Part shown: positions 1-14,400 of the stretch, piece by piece
Layout of the letters: the number at the start of each line of letters is the position of its first letter
Numbering within the stretch: position 1 is the first letter of the stretch
Origin: Paragordius varius
Lineage: Eukaryota > Animalia > Nematomorpha
Direction of reading: 5' to 3'
Length of the DNA stretch: 64,000 nt
Assembly: GCA_964247055.1 (NCBI GenBank)
Contig: OZ176054.1
Span: 12,772,001-12,836,000 of the forward strand
The notes under the pieces: generated by a model
What the model was told of the DNA's origin: nothing
What the model saw: the letters and a program-made list of their open reading frames with translations, nothing else
The model's database searches: none
Position numbers and translations under genes: made by a program

Positions 1-1043
1 TAGAATATGCATTATTGAAGTAAATATTATTTCAGAATTTTCACCGGGTAGGGAAATTAAATCTAAAATTTTAATTTTTACTCCGGTTTCTGAATCAAAA
101 TATCTTATCAAAGTAGGAAATAATTTTGTTTGATGGTGATTTGATGCATCAGAGTATAGGGATAAGAAATTAATTTTTAGCAAATCTTTTTGTTTTTCAG
201 ATAATGTTTGTGGCGAAAGGACATTGCACACAATGGCTTCAGCCTGTGTACGGGCACATGTAAATTTTTTATGGAATAACGTGCGAATAACCTGTGAGGT
301 ACAGTCCATAGATCTAAAGGAATGATTGTGATTAACGGCGTGAAAAGATAACACGCCTTCAGCTAGTGTCAAATTCTTTTCTTCCTCTCCAAAAGCGGTT
401 TTTCAAAAAAATCGCTCATTTTGTAAGATTATGCCGCCATATCTAAACATTTTTTATGTTTCTGTGTTTCCATATGCTTTGTAATATCATGCTTGCCGCC
501 ATGTGCTAGGGTGAATTCCCCCTCGCATATAAGACATTTAATAGATGATTCATTCTTCGTTTTTTAATAAAAGGAAAATCCTTCATTAATTCATCGTTGA
601 ATTTACAACCTCTTTTTGTGCTCATATTTATAAACTACTATTAGTATAATAAATATTATATTACCTTAATTTTCTGTGATAAACGTGTAAGGTACCGATT
701 TGTGGTATCAATTTGTCTTTTAATCTAGAGATTTGTGGTATTAACTTGGCTTTTTGATAATAATGACAGTAGTAGTAGGAAGTATAGTGTATAATCACAT
801 GATATAAATTCGAAAAAAATAAATATTTTCAATTTAAAATAAAAAATTTTAATTTAAAATTGAATAGATTTTAAAGATATTTAATGATAAAAAATTTAAA
901 CGGACAAAAAAATTTATTTGTATTAAAAAATTTTTTTTTATATAATCGTGAAAAAGCGGGACATTTAAAAACGTAGCAGGAAGCGGGACAAAGTGTGAAA
1001 AAGCGGGACTGTCCCGCCAAAAGCGGGACGTCTGGTCACCTTA
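1..1043 (-). mobile_element. hAT (Blackjack-like) DNA transposon, 5' end with decayed transposase N-terminus; runs off the window start
   Basis: Closely matches 19450-20619. Ends in TCTGGTCACCTTA (1031-1043), the same TIR as 20607-20619, with subterminal GCGGGAC repeats. Confidence 0.9.
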
Positions 1044-1525
1044 TGCATACATATAAGTTTGTTTTTATATTTTATCTTTATTTTTAGGTTATAGTCAAAC
1101 AAATGCAATAATTTTTAATGGATACCTATATTATTGTCAAAATAATATTATTTTTAAGAAATTAACTAAAAACTATCAATTTGCTTTCATCTTATACAAA
1201 TTATAAATATTTGACATTGTGTCAAATGCCGACCTCAAAATACGAATATGAATATATATATATATTGTTTTATGCCACATGTATTTAAAGAAAACTCTGA
1301 ATTTCGCAAAATGTTGTTTAAAGCTTTTATTCAATCAATGTTTACTGATTTATAATGTTTATTAGCTCGTTATAGATGTAATTGAGGCCCATCGATGTAA
1401 TATAGATTTGATTAGTCTAAAAACCGGGAGATTAGAAAAATTTGACATGTCATCAATCGAATCGGTATATTCCAATTTCTACTTATGTTGTAGACTTGCA
1501 TAAATATTTATTATTATCCATTTAG

Positions 1526-1717
1526 GGATTGAAGATTATAATTCAAAAGGGGGGAAAGATACAATTTATCAAGGGTGATTATAATAATAGAAGTAGTTTG
1601 TTGTTACCCAATGTTTTTCCATCTCAACTCATTTGTTATGGATCAGATGCAGATATAAGACCATATGTTCGAGATTTTATACCTGTTAGAATTACGCGAA
1701 AAATACTTGACTGTTGA
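1526..1717 (+). CDS. Possible terminal exon of an unidentified gene
   Basis: TTTAG acceptor followed by an open frame GLKIIIQKGG...KILDC*. No family recognised. Confidence 0.2.
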   Translation, partial: GLKIIIQKGGKIQFIKGDYNNRSSLLLPNVFPSQLICYGSDADIRPYVRDFIPVRITRKILDC

Positions 1718-4700
1718 TATCATATATAGTAATACTTTGTTTTAACAAAGTATTACTATATATTTGTATGTTTCTTGCTAAAGATGGTTATTATTATAAA
1801 TATTGCTAATAAAGAAAACTATGGAATATCATCAATTGCTTAAAATATATTCTTACTCTTATGAGGTGCAAACAACATTATTTTTCAAAGAACACTGTAT
1901 AAACTTTAACGAAGGATATATTGTATAGCATGGTTTACTAGAGTGTTTAAAGTAAAATTGGGACATGGTAAGAAAATTGTCTTAAAACTGGATAAAATTA
2001 ATATCCGTTTAGATTATAACATATTCGAAAAGTTATTTACGACATTCACTCAAATAATCATTTATAGCTTGAATTCTCATTTCAATTTTACCCTTGAACA
2101 ATTTAATTCTTTGACTGACGGGAAATTCAAATTCGCCCACAATTTAAATTGACCCTGGAATTATTATGTGTTTTGAATATAAAATTTTACTATATTAAAA
2201 CTAAAATTTCGTTCAAAATTAAGATAATACTGAAAAATAAAGAACTATGCCATAAAGCAAGGGCTCCCAACAGGTAGGTAACGCAAGCGTAGGGCGTGGA
2301 CAGTGGCGAGTTATGGGGAAGGAGGCTGATCCACCCGGCTCCATAGAAGGGGCGCCGGATTTGAAAAAATTTAATTTCATTCTAAAAAAATAGGAAATTA
2401 TTTTAAAAGTATAATCAACCATTTACGATTACGGTTTGAATTTTATTATTTTTGTGATTTCAACGGGTTGCATGGGTAGGGGGGGGAAGGGGCACCAGAA
2501 ATGCAAGAATATGCAAAAATTTGGAGAAACGATATTATATTTTTTTGAAAGTGCTAAATAATTTAAATTCAAAATTGCATATCATATTTATCCAAGATTC
2601 GATAAGGGTTTGTGGAAGAGCGAAAAATAATTTTTTCGTTCACTTTTAGTAAGTACACACTGCGACATAAAAAAATAACCTGATGGATTATGTATATTCT
2701 GAGCGTTTATCAGAATTATCAAGGTGCCCTTGGCTATGGCTTTACGGGTGATTTAAGATAGTTATTTACACTTTTGTAATAGGTGCTTTATATCAGAAAA
2801 TGGCGAAATTTTCGCGCATATTTTTTTAAATAAATTTTTTTTGGTTAAAGCTAGGGGCTACATTCAAAAAATATCACTAAAATATATACATATTTTAGTT
2901 TAAATTTTTACCTTTGGAAAATAAGTAATATCAAGTATTTCTGAATGAGTTTTTTTATTTCGGCTCCTTAATGTCATATACAGTAAAAAAACTTATGCGG
3001 ACAAATTGTAAAATTTAACAAATATTCTTTTCTAAAAGTCAACCATATTTTTTAAATCTCAATTATTATAATTAATTTAAACTGTAAAATATAAAATAGA
3101 TATTTATTTTGAAAACCTAATAAATGACATATTTTACGATTGTTATTAAATGGTTTAAATGAGATTAATTAAGGTTTGAAAAGTATGGTTGTCTTTTGCA
3201 AAAAAAAAATTTGTCGTTATATTTTTACATTTTGTCCGTATGATTTCAGTTATCACTGTAAATGCAAAATTTTGCCATAGTTCAATTTATTTCACATACT
3301 TTTTGTAATTTTTAACAGGCCTGGGGTATCCAACGACCCCAATTTAAATCGAAGGACATAAAGGAATGCGTTGTAGCCAAGTGTTAATTATATGCAAAGT
3401 ATATATAAATACTTTAGTAGTAATATATTGTATAAATTATAAACTTTTAACATGCAATTAATGTTTGGATATATACACAAATGTGTTACCACATACGAGT
3501 TATTTATAAACACCCATAATCGTAAAAATATTCATTACTTCTTAATGTTATAAAAATATAAATAAAATATCCCGAATCGTAAATCAAAACGAACATAATA
3601 AACTCGACAAATCAAAAAACTGAGTCCATAGATCGTTTTTTCTATCCCATTTACAATTCAAATTCACCCTTAAACATTTAAAATTCACTCATTAACAATT
3701 CAAATCACCCTTGAACAATTCAAATTAACCCTAAAAATAAATTATGTGTTTTCGGGATAATATAACCCATTATTAATATGATATATATTTTTACGACATA
3801 GATCATTTTTTTCAGCATTACTAATTGTGTCGATAAAAATCGTGTTATAATGTCGAGTAAGATTAATGATGATTATCACGAAAAAACAAATGAATATCCC
3901 TATAAAAGATTAGTACATGGTTAAAAAAATATATATAATAAATATACCATATACAACCCTTGATAAATCCGTTTTGTCGTATCTGCTTACACATTTAACA
4001 TATTTTTAACCATGTGCCAATCATTTTTTTCATTGGGATTTTCATCTGTATTTTTTACGTGATAAACAATTTATTAATCTTACTGTAATTAGTATAAATA
4101 AACAGACATGTAATGTAAAACCCCTAACCATTTAAAATACCGAAATGTTCCTATGATAGCCCTTGTTTTTATACTAGTTTCTCGCTTGTTAACCTTCATC
4201 AGTACAACAATAGAGTCTACATGCGAATCTGCGATTGTGCGCGTGAGTATAGGGTTTTTTCGCTTAAATTATACAATAAAGAAAAAAAAGGCCTACAGTT
4301 TGCCTTTTACCGCAAGCATCAATATTAAATAAATCATAAGAATGTATATCTCAACCAAGAGAGGTAAAATTACACAATGATTTTTCCATAGTGTGTTTTC
4401 AAGGTTGCTTAAAGTGAAATACATACTAAAAAAATAATTAACCAGTATCAGAAAATGGTTTTGTGCTACATTTAGTTGTGCTGACCAAAGCATGACCCGG
4501 GCAGTAATTATTTATTTTTTGACTATGATCATTTAAAAAAACCTGTGGCAAATTTCTTTTGGATGAGAAATAGTAAGACTTTATTTTTTCATATATTTTT
4601 TAAAAAATATAAATTATATGCTAATTTAACAATATAAAATTAATAAACATGCATCGTTACAACACTAGCATTTAAGCATATCCAGTTATTTCGAAAAACA

Positions 4701-7700
4701 AAACGATCAAGCACTTTGCAAAATATAAAATTAATTCATATATGTGAACCAATAAAATGAAAAAACATTTTATAATTGGATATTACAATGATGAAAGAAG
4801 TCTAAAACAAACTAGGTAAAATTTTATTTAAAATTTCCAGTATTAAAAGCTATGTTGATTCAGAAGGCCACAAACATGTGGCAAAATTTATTTGAAAACA
4901 AAATTCTTGATTAAATATGATTGAAAATATAAAAAAATGTATAATATAAACTTTTAAGAATAAACATGACATTATTAGTGAAATTTAAGTGTCGTACGAA
5001 CATTATCTTCGCAATCCAATATCGCATGATATTTACTTAAGTAACCGGACTTTTTAAAAAACCATCAACACAACCCTAGCTACATTAGATTATATAAAAA
5101 ATATTGACTACTATAAATCAAATTTTAATTTCGTCTGCATTTTTTAGGACTTTAAGGTTTACAAGGGTAAAATTTTAAAAACTGCATTTAGAGGTCTTTT
5201 ATCCGAAAAATATTGGTTTGCTTAGCTAAAACTTCCATATATATTAAACATAAAATAATGATAAAATAAACCAGCTTAAACTAAACAAACCCTACTTTAA
5301 AATTTCATATCCTGCAACTCAGATTTTTCGGTCCTGTGATGATAACCGATAACTTAAAATGGTGCCCATCTTAGGCCCAGTTGAAAGAGAGGTAAAAGGC
5401 TTAAACTATGATGCTTATATCAGATATAAAAAATTTCGCACCCTTATGAGCTCGAGGTGATATCTAACAACAGAACGCTATGATCCAACTGTTTCATTTT
5501 CCCCAGAGTTTGTATGCAAACTAAAGGATATGCATCATCATTAAAACAACAAATTGAAAACTTTATATAGTATTTATTAAAACCTATATTTCCTATTTTG
5601 CAACAACCCAAACGATGGTTATTATAAAATACTATGGTTGTATATCTTTTAATAAAGCTTATTTTCTTTTTTTATAATGCTTCAATTTAAAATATTTAAT
5701 TTTTTAATGTATAGTGTAATAATTTAAGTCGTTAAAATCTAATATTTTTTCAACATAATTCCATACAAGTATCGGGTACTTGTTACATTATATTAAATCG
5801 GTCCTTGGAGCTATATATAAAAATTATATAATTATGAATATAAGAAGACTTAATTTGTTGTTATTTTTATATGTATAAAAAATAAGGGGTATTTTATTAT
5901 TATCTTGCAAGAAAGGTAAGTTTGTAAATACCTTTTTAATGCACACAAGTTATATTTATTATGACACTTAATTAATAATTAGATCTAAAAAATGGATAGA
6001 AGTATCCAAAATATATGTTAACATGAGTGGATAGAAAAGATACTTTAGGAGATATACCAAATGTTTTAAATAATGATTGTTAGTTTATTTCTATGAATTT
6101 TTTGTAATCATTTTTAGATTCAGATGAAACAAAGGGACAATACTAAAATAATTAAAATAATATAAAACTTATAGCACTGTACAACAAAAAATGGTTTAAT
6201 ATTAATACATCATTCATTGGAGTTTCGAAACACAGATATATACGTCTTTTATGGGCAAAAGCGACATGTGGGAAACACTTTTTGGAGAGACCTTGATAAA
6301 TTTTTCAACCATATATTATTCAATAAAATGCCTTAAAATGATAATTTCTATATAAAATAGTAGATAAATAGTAAATTAGAAATAAAAATATTGCATGCAT
6401 ATTTGGTTTATGTAAAATAAAATTTTTTATAATGGTGATGAACTCCTCAACTGTAAGTTTTATTTGTTAAAAGTGCAAGTAGAATATTGATAAGGGTTTT
6501 TATATTTAAGGTCCATGAAAAACTCACAATAAAATCCAAAAATCCTACTTTGGCTTGAAAATTGATGTGTTATATAAGATTTCTTCCATTAAAACACCAT
6601 ATAAATATAAATCATTGTCCGTTTAAAAAATGCACAAATATTATTATATTGATAAAATTCATATAAAAAGCCATACCTTTTCAAACCTTAATTTTCCACA
6701 CAAAAACTATTAATTTAATAATTGGGCAAATTGTGTTGTCCTTTTTAAAAAAATGTAATCATTTAGTCTTCTCAGGTCTATATAATTTTATTTTTTACTG
6801 TGAATATAAAATTATACAAAAAATTTTCAAAGATTAATTTAGCAAGTCTGCGATCGATGCAACGTTTAAAAAAATTTCAGCAACCTGGTAAAAAATGTTT
6901 TAATGTTAAATTATAACCGTTTAGTAACCAATAATTGCCGAAATTTATAGAAAAGTTTGTTTTCATAAAAAAATTGATTTAATCCTGTATAACTTAAAAA
7001 TGTCGTATATTTTTGACTTGGAAGAAAATAAGATGCTTTCGTTCAATTATTTAAATATAGATATTGGTTTATATTTGTTATCACGATTTATATAGAAATT
7101 TCATAAAAATAATGGGCTCTAATTTGATGAAAATGCGAGGGCAGTTATTATGAAAAGAGAATCTCTCCTAACTTACTCGTCACCGCGAGAAACTCAAAAT
7201 ATATGTTTTATCAAATTTTTTTGGAGATAAAACATTAAAAAAAATATCGTTTGACCCAATGACCTTTTGGGGTTTATATTTCAAAGAGCTTTGAAAGTTG
7301 ATATCTCAAAAATTATTTAAGGATCTAAATTTAAAAATATACTTTCATTAGCCTACACTTCCTTACATTTTCATGTGCTAGTTAACATATTGGGATAGTT
7401 TTTTAATCTCAGGGCTTAATTTTGTCAATAAATAACCGTTAGTAAGAAATTATTTATAAATATTCAAACTGGGACAGCTCCAAAACACGATCGAAACAAA
7501 GAGCTGATATCAAAAATATATGAAGGCTTTGTTAGTTAAATCAGCTTGTAGCTTTTTATTAATTATCTTCTTTTACTCCATAATATACATTTATATTCCT
7601 CTTGCATTAGCGATTTCAAAAATTTATAGAAATGGCGGCAAATAAGTTGATATCACGATTTTTTTATAATTTTTTAAAAAATGTATAATGCGCTTAAAAG

Positions 7701-9387
7701 GCTAAGAAAAGCAGCTTAATTCGCCTTTAGAGCTTAAACGCTTTTCAAAATATTCCTATTTCTAATCATTGGTCGATATAAAACTACCCTAAAGGGTAAT
7801 GGATTAAGGTATACAAAATTGTTAAAAAAACCTCTATTCAAACATTTCGCAACTTTTTTCTATACATTTCTTGAAATCTCTTATGCAATAGGCAAATAAA
7901 TATATATTATAGTAAATAATAGTTAACTTTAACTTTCACGCTACATTTTACCAACACAACTTGATATATTTAATATCAGTTGTTCATTTTTAATTTTGGG
8001 CTGTCCCAATTAAAATACAACACGTTCATCAGTTTTTCGATTCAAATTGAGATAATTGGAGACTCCAGTCTTTTTTAAAATTAAATATAAAAAAAATATG
8101 GAAGAAATTAAACCGATGGCAAAAGTTCGCACTTATATTACATAAATGTACCAATAAATTTTTTTTTTAATTTTAAGGTAGAACTCAAAGGCAAAAATTT
8201 AAACAACAGAACATGTGTGTTAGCTATTTTAACACTTCGATACTATTTGGGGTATCTAAATACCCCAGACTAAATTAAAATTTAAATTTAAAAAAACTAC
8301 TGGAGGAAACGGCCCTAATTAAAATTTTTGCTTAAATCCCAATGAAAATTATATAAATAAGCTAAAATATTTAAAATTTGTTTTGGAAAAAAAAGTTCCA
8401 TGTCAAACTACTTCGACGCTTTATTTTACAAAATATCGTCTTCTTTTATAGCTAAATTTTTATTTAAATTATATCTAACGTCAATAAAAATAGAAAAAGC
8501 CTTTTATTTTGTATTATTTTTCAATTTTACCACTGCACACATGTCACGTTGACTAAATTTTTACCTTTCGGTTTTAGCTTAAAATAAGTAATATCAAGTA
8601 TTTTTTTATATATTTCGGTTAAAGGTTATATAAGTGCAAAATTTCGCCATGGCTTCCATCCCTTTAAAGAATTTAATTTTAAGGCCTGGGGTATTTAACT
8701 ACCCTAATTTCAATCGAAGGACTAAAATGAATGTGTTGTATCCAAGTCTTAAAATAATACAAAACAAACTAATTTCTCTGTTACTATCAATTTTAGAAGT
8801 GATTAAATAGAAAAATAGCTTTAGTTAAAATTAACATGATATTTCGCAAATATTAGGTAAAAAAATGGCGTCGGAGTATTTGTATATAGAATTTTTTTAA
8901 AACTATGGTTTATTTAGATATTTTGGCTTATAAAAATTTTATTAGGACAGAAGCCTAATTTTTAATTACACCGTTTCTTTCAGTAGTTTTTTTAAAATAT
9001 TAGCTTAATATTTCGATTCAAATTGGGATATCTAAATACCCCAGATTATATTTACTGAAAGAAACGGACCCAATTTATATTTATGCTTCTATCCTAATAA
9101 AAATTATATAAATAAGGTGAAATATCTAAATATAATTTGGTTTTGAAAAAGTTCCATATTAAACTACTTCGACGCCATTTTTACAACCTTTTTGCAAAAT
9201 ATCGTGTTTATTTTGTTTTTAAGCTAAAATTAAACCTAATTTAACTAATATCCACATTGTTGGAAATTAAAAAGGCGGTTTATGTATTAATTTTTAATTA
9301 AGCTAATGCTCTGTCATATTAACAAAATTTTTACTTTGAGGTTTTACCTAAAATTAATATTAATATTTTTAAATGAACTTTTTTATA

Positions 9388-9764
9388 TATACCATTTACA
9401 ATTCAATTTCACCCTTAAACAATTCAAATTCACCATTGAACAATTCAAATTCACCCTTGAACAATTCAAATTCACCCTTGAACAATTCAAATTCAACCTT
9501 GAACAATTCAAATTCACCCTCAAATAAATTATATATGTTTTTTAAGATTAATAATATCCTATTTATATATTTTTCAAAAATAATAGTTTTGTTTTAAATT
9601 AAAATAACACTGAAAAAATAATAAACTATACCATAAACATATATTTCATATTAATAATGAGTTATATTAGTTCGAAAACACATAATTTATTTTTAGGGTG
9701 AATTTGAATTGTTCGAAGGTGAATTTGAACTATTCAAGGGTGAATTTGAACTGTAAATGGTATA
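9388..9764. mobile_element. MITE family A: TIR TACCATTTACA, TA flanks, subterminal 21-bp repeats (AACAATTCAAATTCACCCTTG)
   Basis: TATACCATTTACA at 9388 and TGTAAATGGTATA ending 9764. The 21-mer arrays are in opposite orientation in the two arms. Other copies at 28646, 55444 and 56402. Confidence 0.85.
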
Positions 9765-11329
9765 TTTCAATTTATTAATGTAAAATAAATGCAAATTTTT
9801 GCCATGGTTTTAATTCATTTCATATTTTTTTAATTATTTAATTTTAAAAGGCCTGGGGTATCAAACTATACCTATTTGAATAGAAAATGAATATGTTTTT
9901 ATCTAAGTAAATATAGTCTGGGATATGTAAAAGTGTTGAGACTTTAAAAGTTACAAAATTATAAAAAATATAAGACTTTTTATTTAATACGGGCGAACAG
10001 TGTTTGATTAAATTTCAACTAAAAATCTTTTATCAGGGTTTATTTACAAAATTAAGTTTTAATATAAAAAATTACCCAAATATGCCAATTAGGACAAAAA
10101 AGAGAAAATGTAAGGAAGTACGAATGCACCGCTAAAATTGATGTATATTATCACATTTATAATAATTGACAGAAAAAAATCCGAACTTTTTTTAATTTAG
10201 GTAATGTACTCAACAAACTATTTAACTTCGTATTATCCATAAAATTTATAAAGGCTTTTAGATGTATATTTCGGTAAATTAATACTATCTGTGGAAACTA
10301 AAATAGTTTAATACATTCTTCTTTATTTAAACGGTCGTTAACCCAAATACCAAAGGACATTGCTATAATTTGTTTTTAAGTGTTAAATTATTAAAATGAC
10401 ACACATATGAGAAAAATATTTTTTCAATCAAAATTGTTTACAATCATAACATAATTTACGCCATATTTTAATTTGCATTCTTTCAACATTTACGGGATAC
10501 CTGGATATGTTAGCAAATTTGTTATAGACGATAAAGTTTATAATAATTTTTATCTTATTTCATTCAATATTTACCCTTTTTACATTTTCCTGTCTCTATA
10601 TTAGGACTATGTAGTGGTTTTGTCCGTCGAAACCATTTCGAAAGCGCAATTATTTTTCACAGATAACTTGAGGAATGCGACTCTGGTATTATTCTTTATA
10701 GATATCATATTAGCATTCTAAAAGCTCCCATATTTATTTACACTTTGCAAAATAATTTTTTAGAGTAAAAGGTCAAAATTTTTTTTCATAAATTGCGCTT
10801 CCCCTAAAAAAGGAATTTTTTAGAATTATATTCAAAATCCTAGATAAAATATTTATTAACTTAAATTATTTTGGGGGATCATGGCGAAATCACCTCCTTA
10901 TATTATTATGTATTAATGACAAAATTTTCATTTGAATCAAGTTTTTACAATTTTAATCATGGGCATTGCCAATAATTGGTGATGAAAAGTATCACACTCC
11001 TACATGGTATAAATAATAAAATATATTTATAAATATCCATATACTTATATATCTGTTTTGGTGCGGCCCGCAAAGCCATTTGTGTTTGGCACCTCTGCGC
11101 TATACCAAAAATTTATTTATAATATTTTAACTTAGGTCCATAATATTATTTTATTTTTGGAGATTGGGTTCTTCCTTGGTGTGTACACAGTAGTGGCCTG
11201 ATATCGAAATACACTTTAAACATTTTCTAACCTTTTTCTCAAAGCCTTTCAAGTTTTTTTAAAACTTTACAGTTAGTTTTGTGATGCGTTTGTTTAAAAA
11301 TTGTTTATAAATTAATTTTTATGATTATG

Positions 11330-11483
11330 TTTGGGCCACTCCTGGAGGTACTGCAATACCAGGTTGACCCGATGGGGAGGGATAGGCAAGCCCAGAGCGC
11401 CTCCCCAAAATCTCCAAAAATAAATTTAATATCATGGACCTCTTTAGAGGTCGTATCAGATATTAAGCTGATAAGAACAGATA
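11330..11483 (-). ncRNA. U2: U2 snRNA, 3' part (from about nt 38 to the end), separated from its 5' part by a retrotransposon
   Basis: Minus strand reads TATCTGTTCTTATCAGCTTAATATCTGATACG...ATTTTTGGAG (Sm site)...CCTGGTATTGCAGTACCTCCAGG, matching the conserved metazoan U2 sequence. Confidence 0.96.
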
Positions 11484-14400
11484 TAATTTATTAATATATA
11501 TAAAAATACAATTTAGAATATATGAAGAAAAGTGCTGCGCAACAATATTGGGCATGGGGAAGTTACAAGGGGGAAGAAAGAAAATATTATATATATAAAA
11601 AAATAAAATAAATATAAAAAGAAATATATATATATAAAATATTACAATGATGCATTTGTTGGGTTGTTGTCTATGAGGGAATTTCGACCGCTCATAAACA
11701 TGTGGTACATATCCGAGGATGCTTTGATAGTATTGGTAACTATTGATTTCTTTAGTTGGGTAGGGCATCGGAACCTCATCTTCTCAAAAAGAACATCGTT
11801 TTTCGAATACCATGAGCCGAGGCTCCCTACAACAACTGGAATGACTTGGGTGTTGCTGTATGTTTCCTGTAATTGTTGAGCCATACAGCTATATTTCATT
11901 ATTTTATTGTTAAAGGCCGTTTCGAACGATTCTAGCCTGTTTTCAAACGGCACTGTGGGATCAATGATATAGCAATCAGTGCCATTTGTTACAATGAGGT
12001 CAGGACGTAGTCTCGACGAATCAATGGCTTGATTTTCACTTAGGATCTTGAAATTCGATGGGAGGTTGTCTTTAATCACGTCTACTATGATATTGTGTCT
12101 TTTGGTGATTATATTATCATCTTTGAGGCAGTGGTTTAAAACGTGTGCCTGAGTTTCTTTTGACTTGCCGCAGCGACGGCACATTTGTTCCGACGACCTG
12201 AGTCGCATTTTTGTTGGAAGCAGATTGAGCCGCGCTCGATGGATGAAGTTCCAGTCTCTGAATCGAAGATCTTTATTATTGTAAAGAAAATGATGACTGA
12301 CCTTATCATCAGCGACGCACTCCATCACCCGACCCTGCAAAGCAAAATGGTGTAGCTCAGTATCCTTTAACTTTCGTTTATAAAATCGAAGGTTAGAAAC
12401 AACAGCTGAGCGATTGTCTTGGGAGATTTTAGAGAACTCTGAAATTACTGTAGGCTGAAAAGAATCATCAAAAGACCAGGAAATTTTGAGAGATTCAGAC
12501 GCAATTCTCGCTATTGTCCAAATGTTTTGGCATTTATTAGCTGGATTTGAGACAAGAGGGTTCTCATAACCAGACAAATACTTGCCTAATTGATCGGGAG
12601 TTATTGAATCTAATCGAACCTTAAAACGAAAGCTAGCCGAAACCTTAAGTTCCTCGAGAGCAGAAACTCTTATAGAAGGATCTAAGCTAGTAAGTAACTT
12701 AAAAGCAGAATCCACACGAAATATATTAATGTCATCTCGGAATAGGGGCATCCCTAAAGCGCCCTTATTACGAGAGCCAAAAATATAATTGTTTGTGGCA
12801 TCTCTTGGAAGATTTAATATTTGTTTGAACACTTTAGTTAGCTTTTTATCTAGATATTCACCTGTAACCATTTTAAGCTCATTATTTCTCAACTGGTGAG
12901 AAATAGTGGGATAGAAAAAAGTTTTAATAGCGTCTAGCTTTTGCCAAGGGAGGAGGCTAGAACTATGAATTTTATCCACAATTTCCGTAGAAGGAACGGG
13001 ATTAATGAAATTGAGACCTACAGGCTTTCCAAGAAACTTAACAAACTCGCCTTGACCAATTGAGGGAACGACAACTTCACCAATCTTAAAAACAGGACTA
13101 CAAGAAGCAATAGAAATACTATTGCACTTCTCAGCTTTGATCGAAAGACCAATATCATTAATAGGACATTCTAACAAATTGAGCCCAACTTGATGACGCT
13201 CAGGAGAGTCAGACAATAAAACAATGTCATCAGCATAAGCGAGGACATTGTGACCATTAAACACCATAGATCTCAACACAGAATCGATTGACAAATTAAA
13301 AAGAAGGCCAGAAATTGGACACCCCTGTTTAATGCCAGACAAGAAAGGAATGGGTTGCGTTAACCCAGAGGCGGAAAAGAACTGAGTACATGAATTTGTG
13401 TAAATATCCTTAATTAAAGCTTGAATATTATTATCTATACCAAAATTAGGGAGACATTCAAAAATCAGCTGGTGAGGGACCGAGTCAAACGCAGCAGTGA
13501 TATCAATAAAGGTTACAAAAATATCTTTTTTATTATGTTTAGCATCAGAAATTGATTTATTTAAAATATAATTATGCTCAAAGCAGCCATCAAAAGGCAT
13601 AAATCCTTTCTGGGCTGATGATAATAAGTTATTCTTTAAAATATGTTTAGAAATACGGTTGGCAATAAGGCCAGTAAATAATTTATAAATAGTATTGCTT
13701 AGCGAAAGGGGCCTCCAGCTTGAAACAAGAGAAGGGTCTCCTTTTTTTTTAGAAATTAAGATTGACTTAGTTACTTTCCAATGATTAGGAATCATTCTAT
13801 GACTTAAACACAAATTAAAAATTTTAGATAAAAGAAAACCTTTGGGATCCACCTGCTTCCATTTGGTATATGAAATACCATCAGGACCAGGGGAGCTGTT
13901 AGAAACTTTTCTTAGTTTATCAGAAACTTCAGATGCTGAAAAGGGAATAAAATCAAGTAAAGGGACAGAATTATTAGAATAATTAAAATTAATAGGCTCA
14001 GATTTTTTACCAATTGTATTGTTAAAATAATTTGTTATATCTTCGTTATTTATTTTACAAGAGGATGGAGGGCCATCAACGATTAATCTTATAGCCTTTT
14101 TCCTATTTCTCTTATACATACTACGAATATTTAAATCTTTATGAACCAAACTTTTAGACTTATTATAATCAGCCCGGGGAGGAGATAGTGCATTTTGAAT
14201 AGAGCTTATTAAAGAACAAACGTCCTCCCAGTCGGAATTCTCGTCGTGGGAGTCAAGAAGGTTGTTAAAATTAGTGAAAGGAAAAGTATTTTTATTTAAA
14301 GCAGGGGATTTATTAAAACTTTTATATGGTGGAGGTAGAGTAACCGATGAAGTGGGTTCCTCATCAACACTCTCCTCAAGAATAGTAAAACGATTAGATA

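Noticed and set aside
9373-9597. ORFs with NNSNSPL or FKFTLEQ repeats, and CRISPR-like regularity of the 21-bp repeats
   Set aside because: These are translations of MITE subterminal repeats. The units are contiguous with no unique spacers, there are no cas genes, and the DNA is eukaryotic.
11463-11879. Short ORFs overlapping the retrotransposon 3' end, and plus-strand ORFs antisense to TE or gene exons
   Set aside because: These are shadow or low-complexity ORFs with no independent support.
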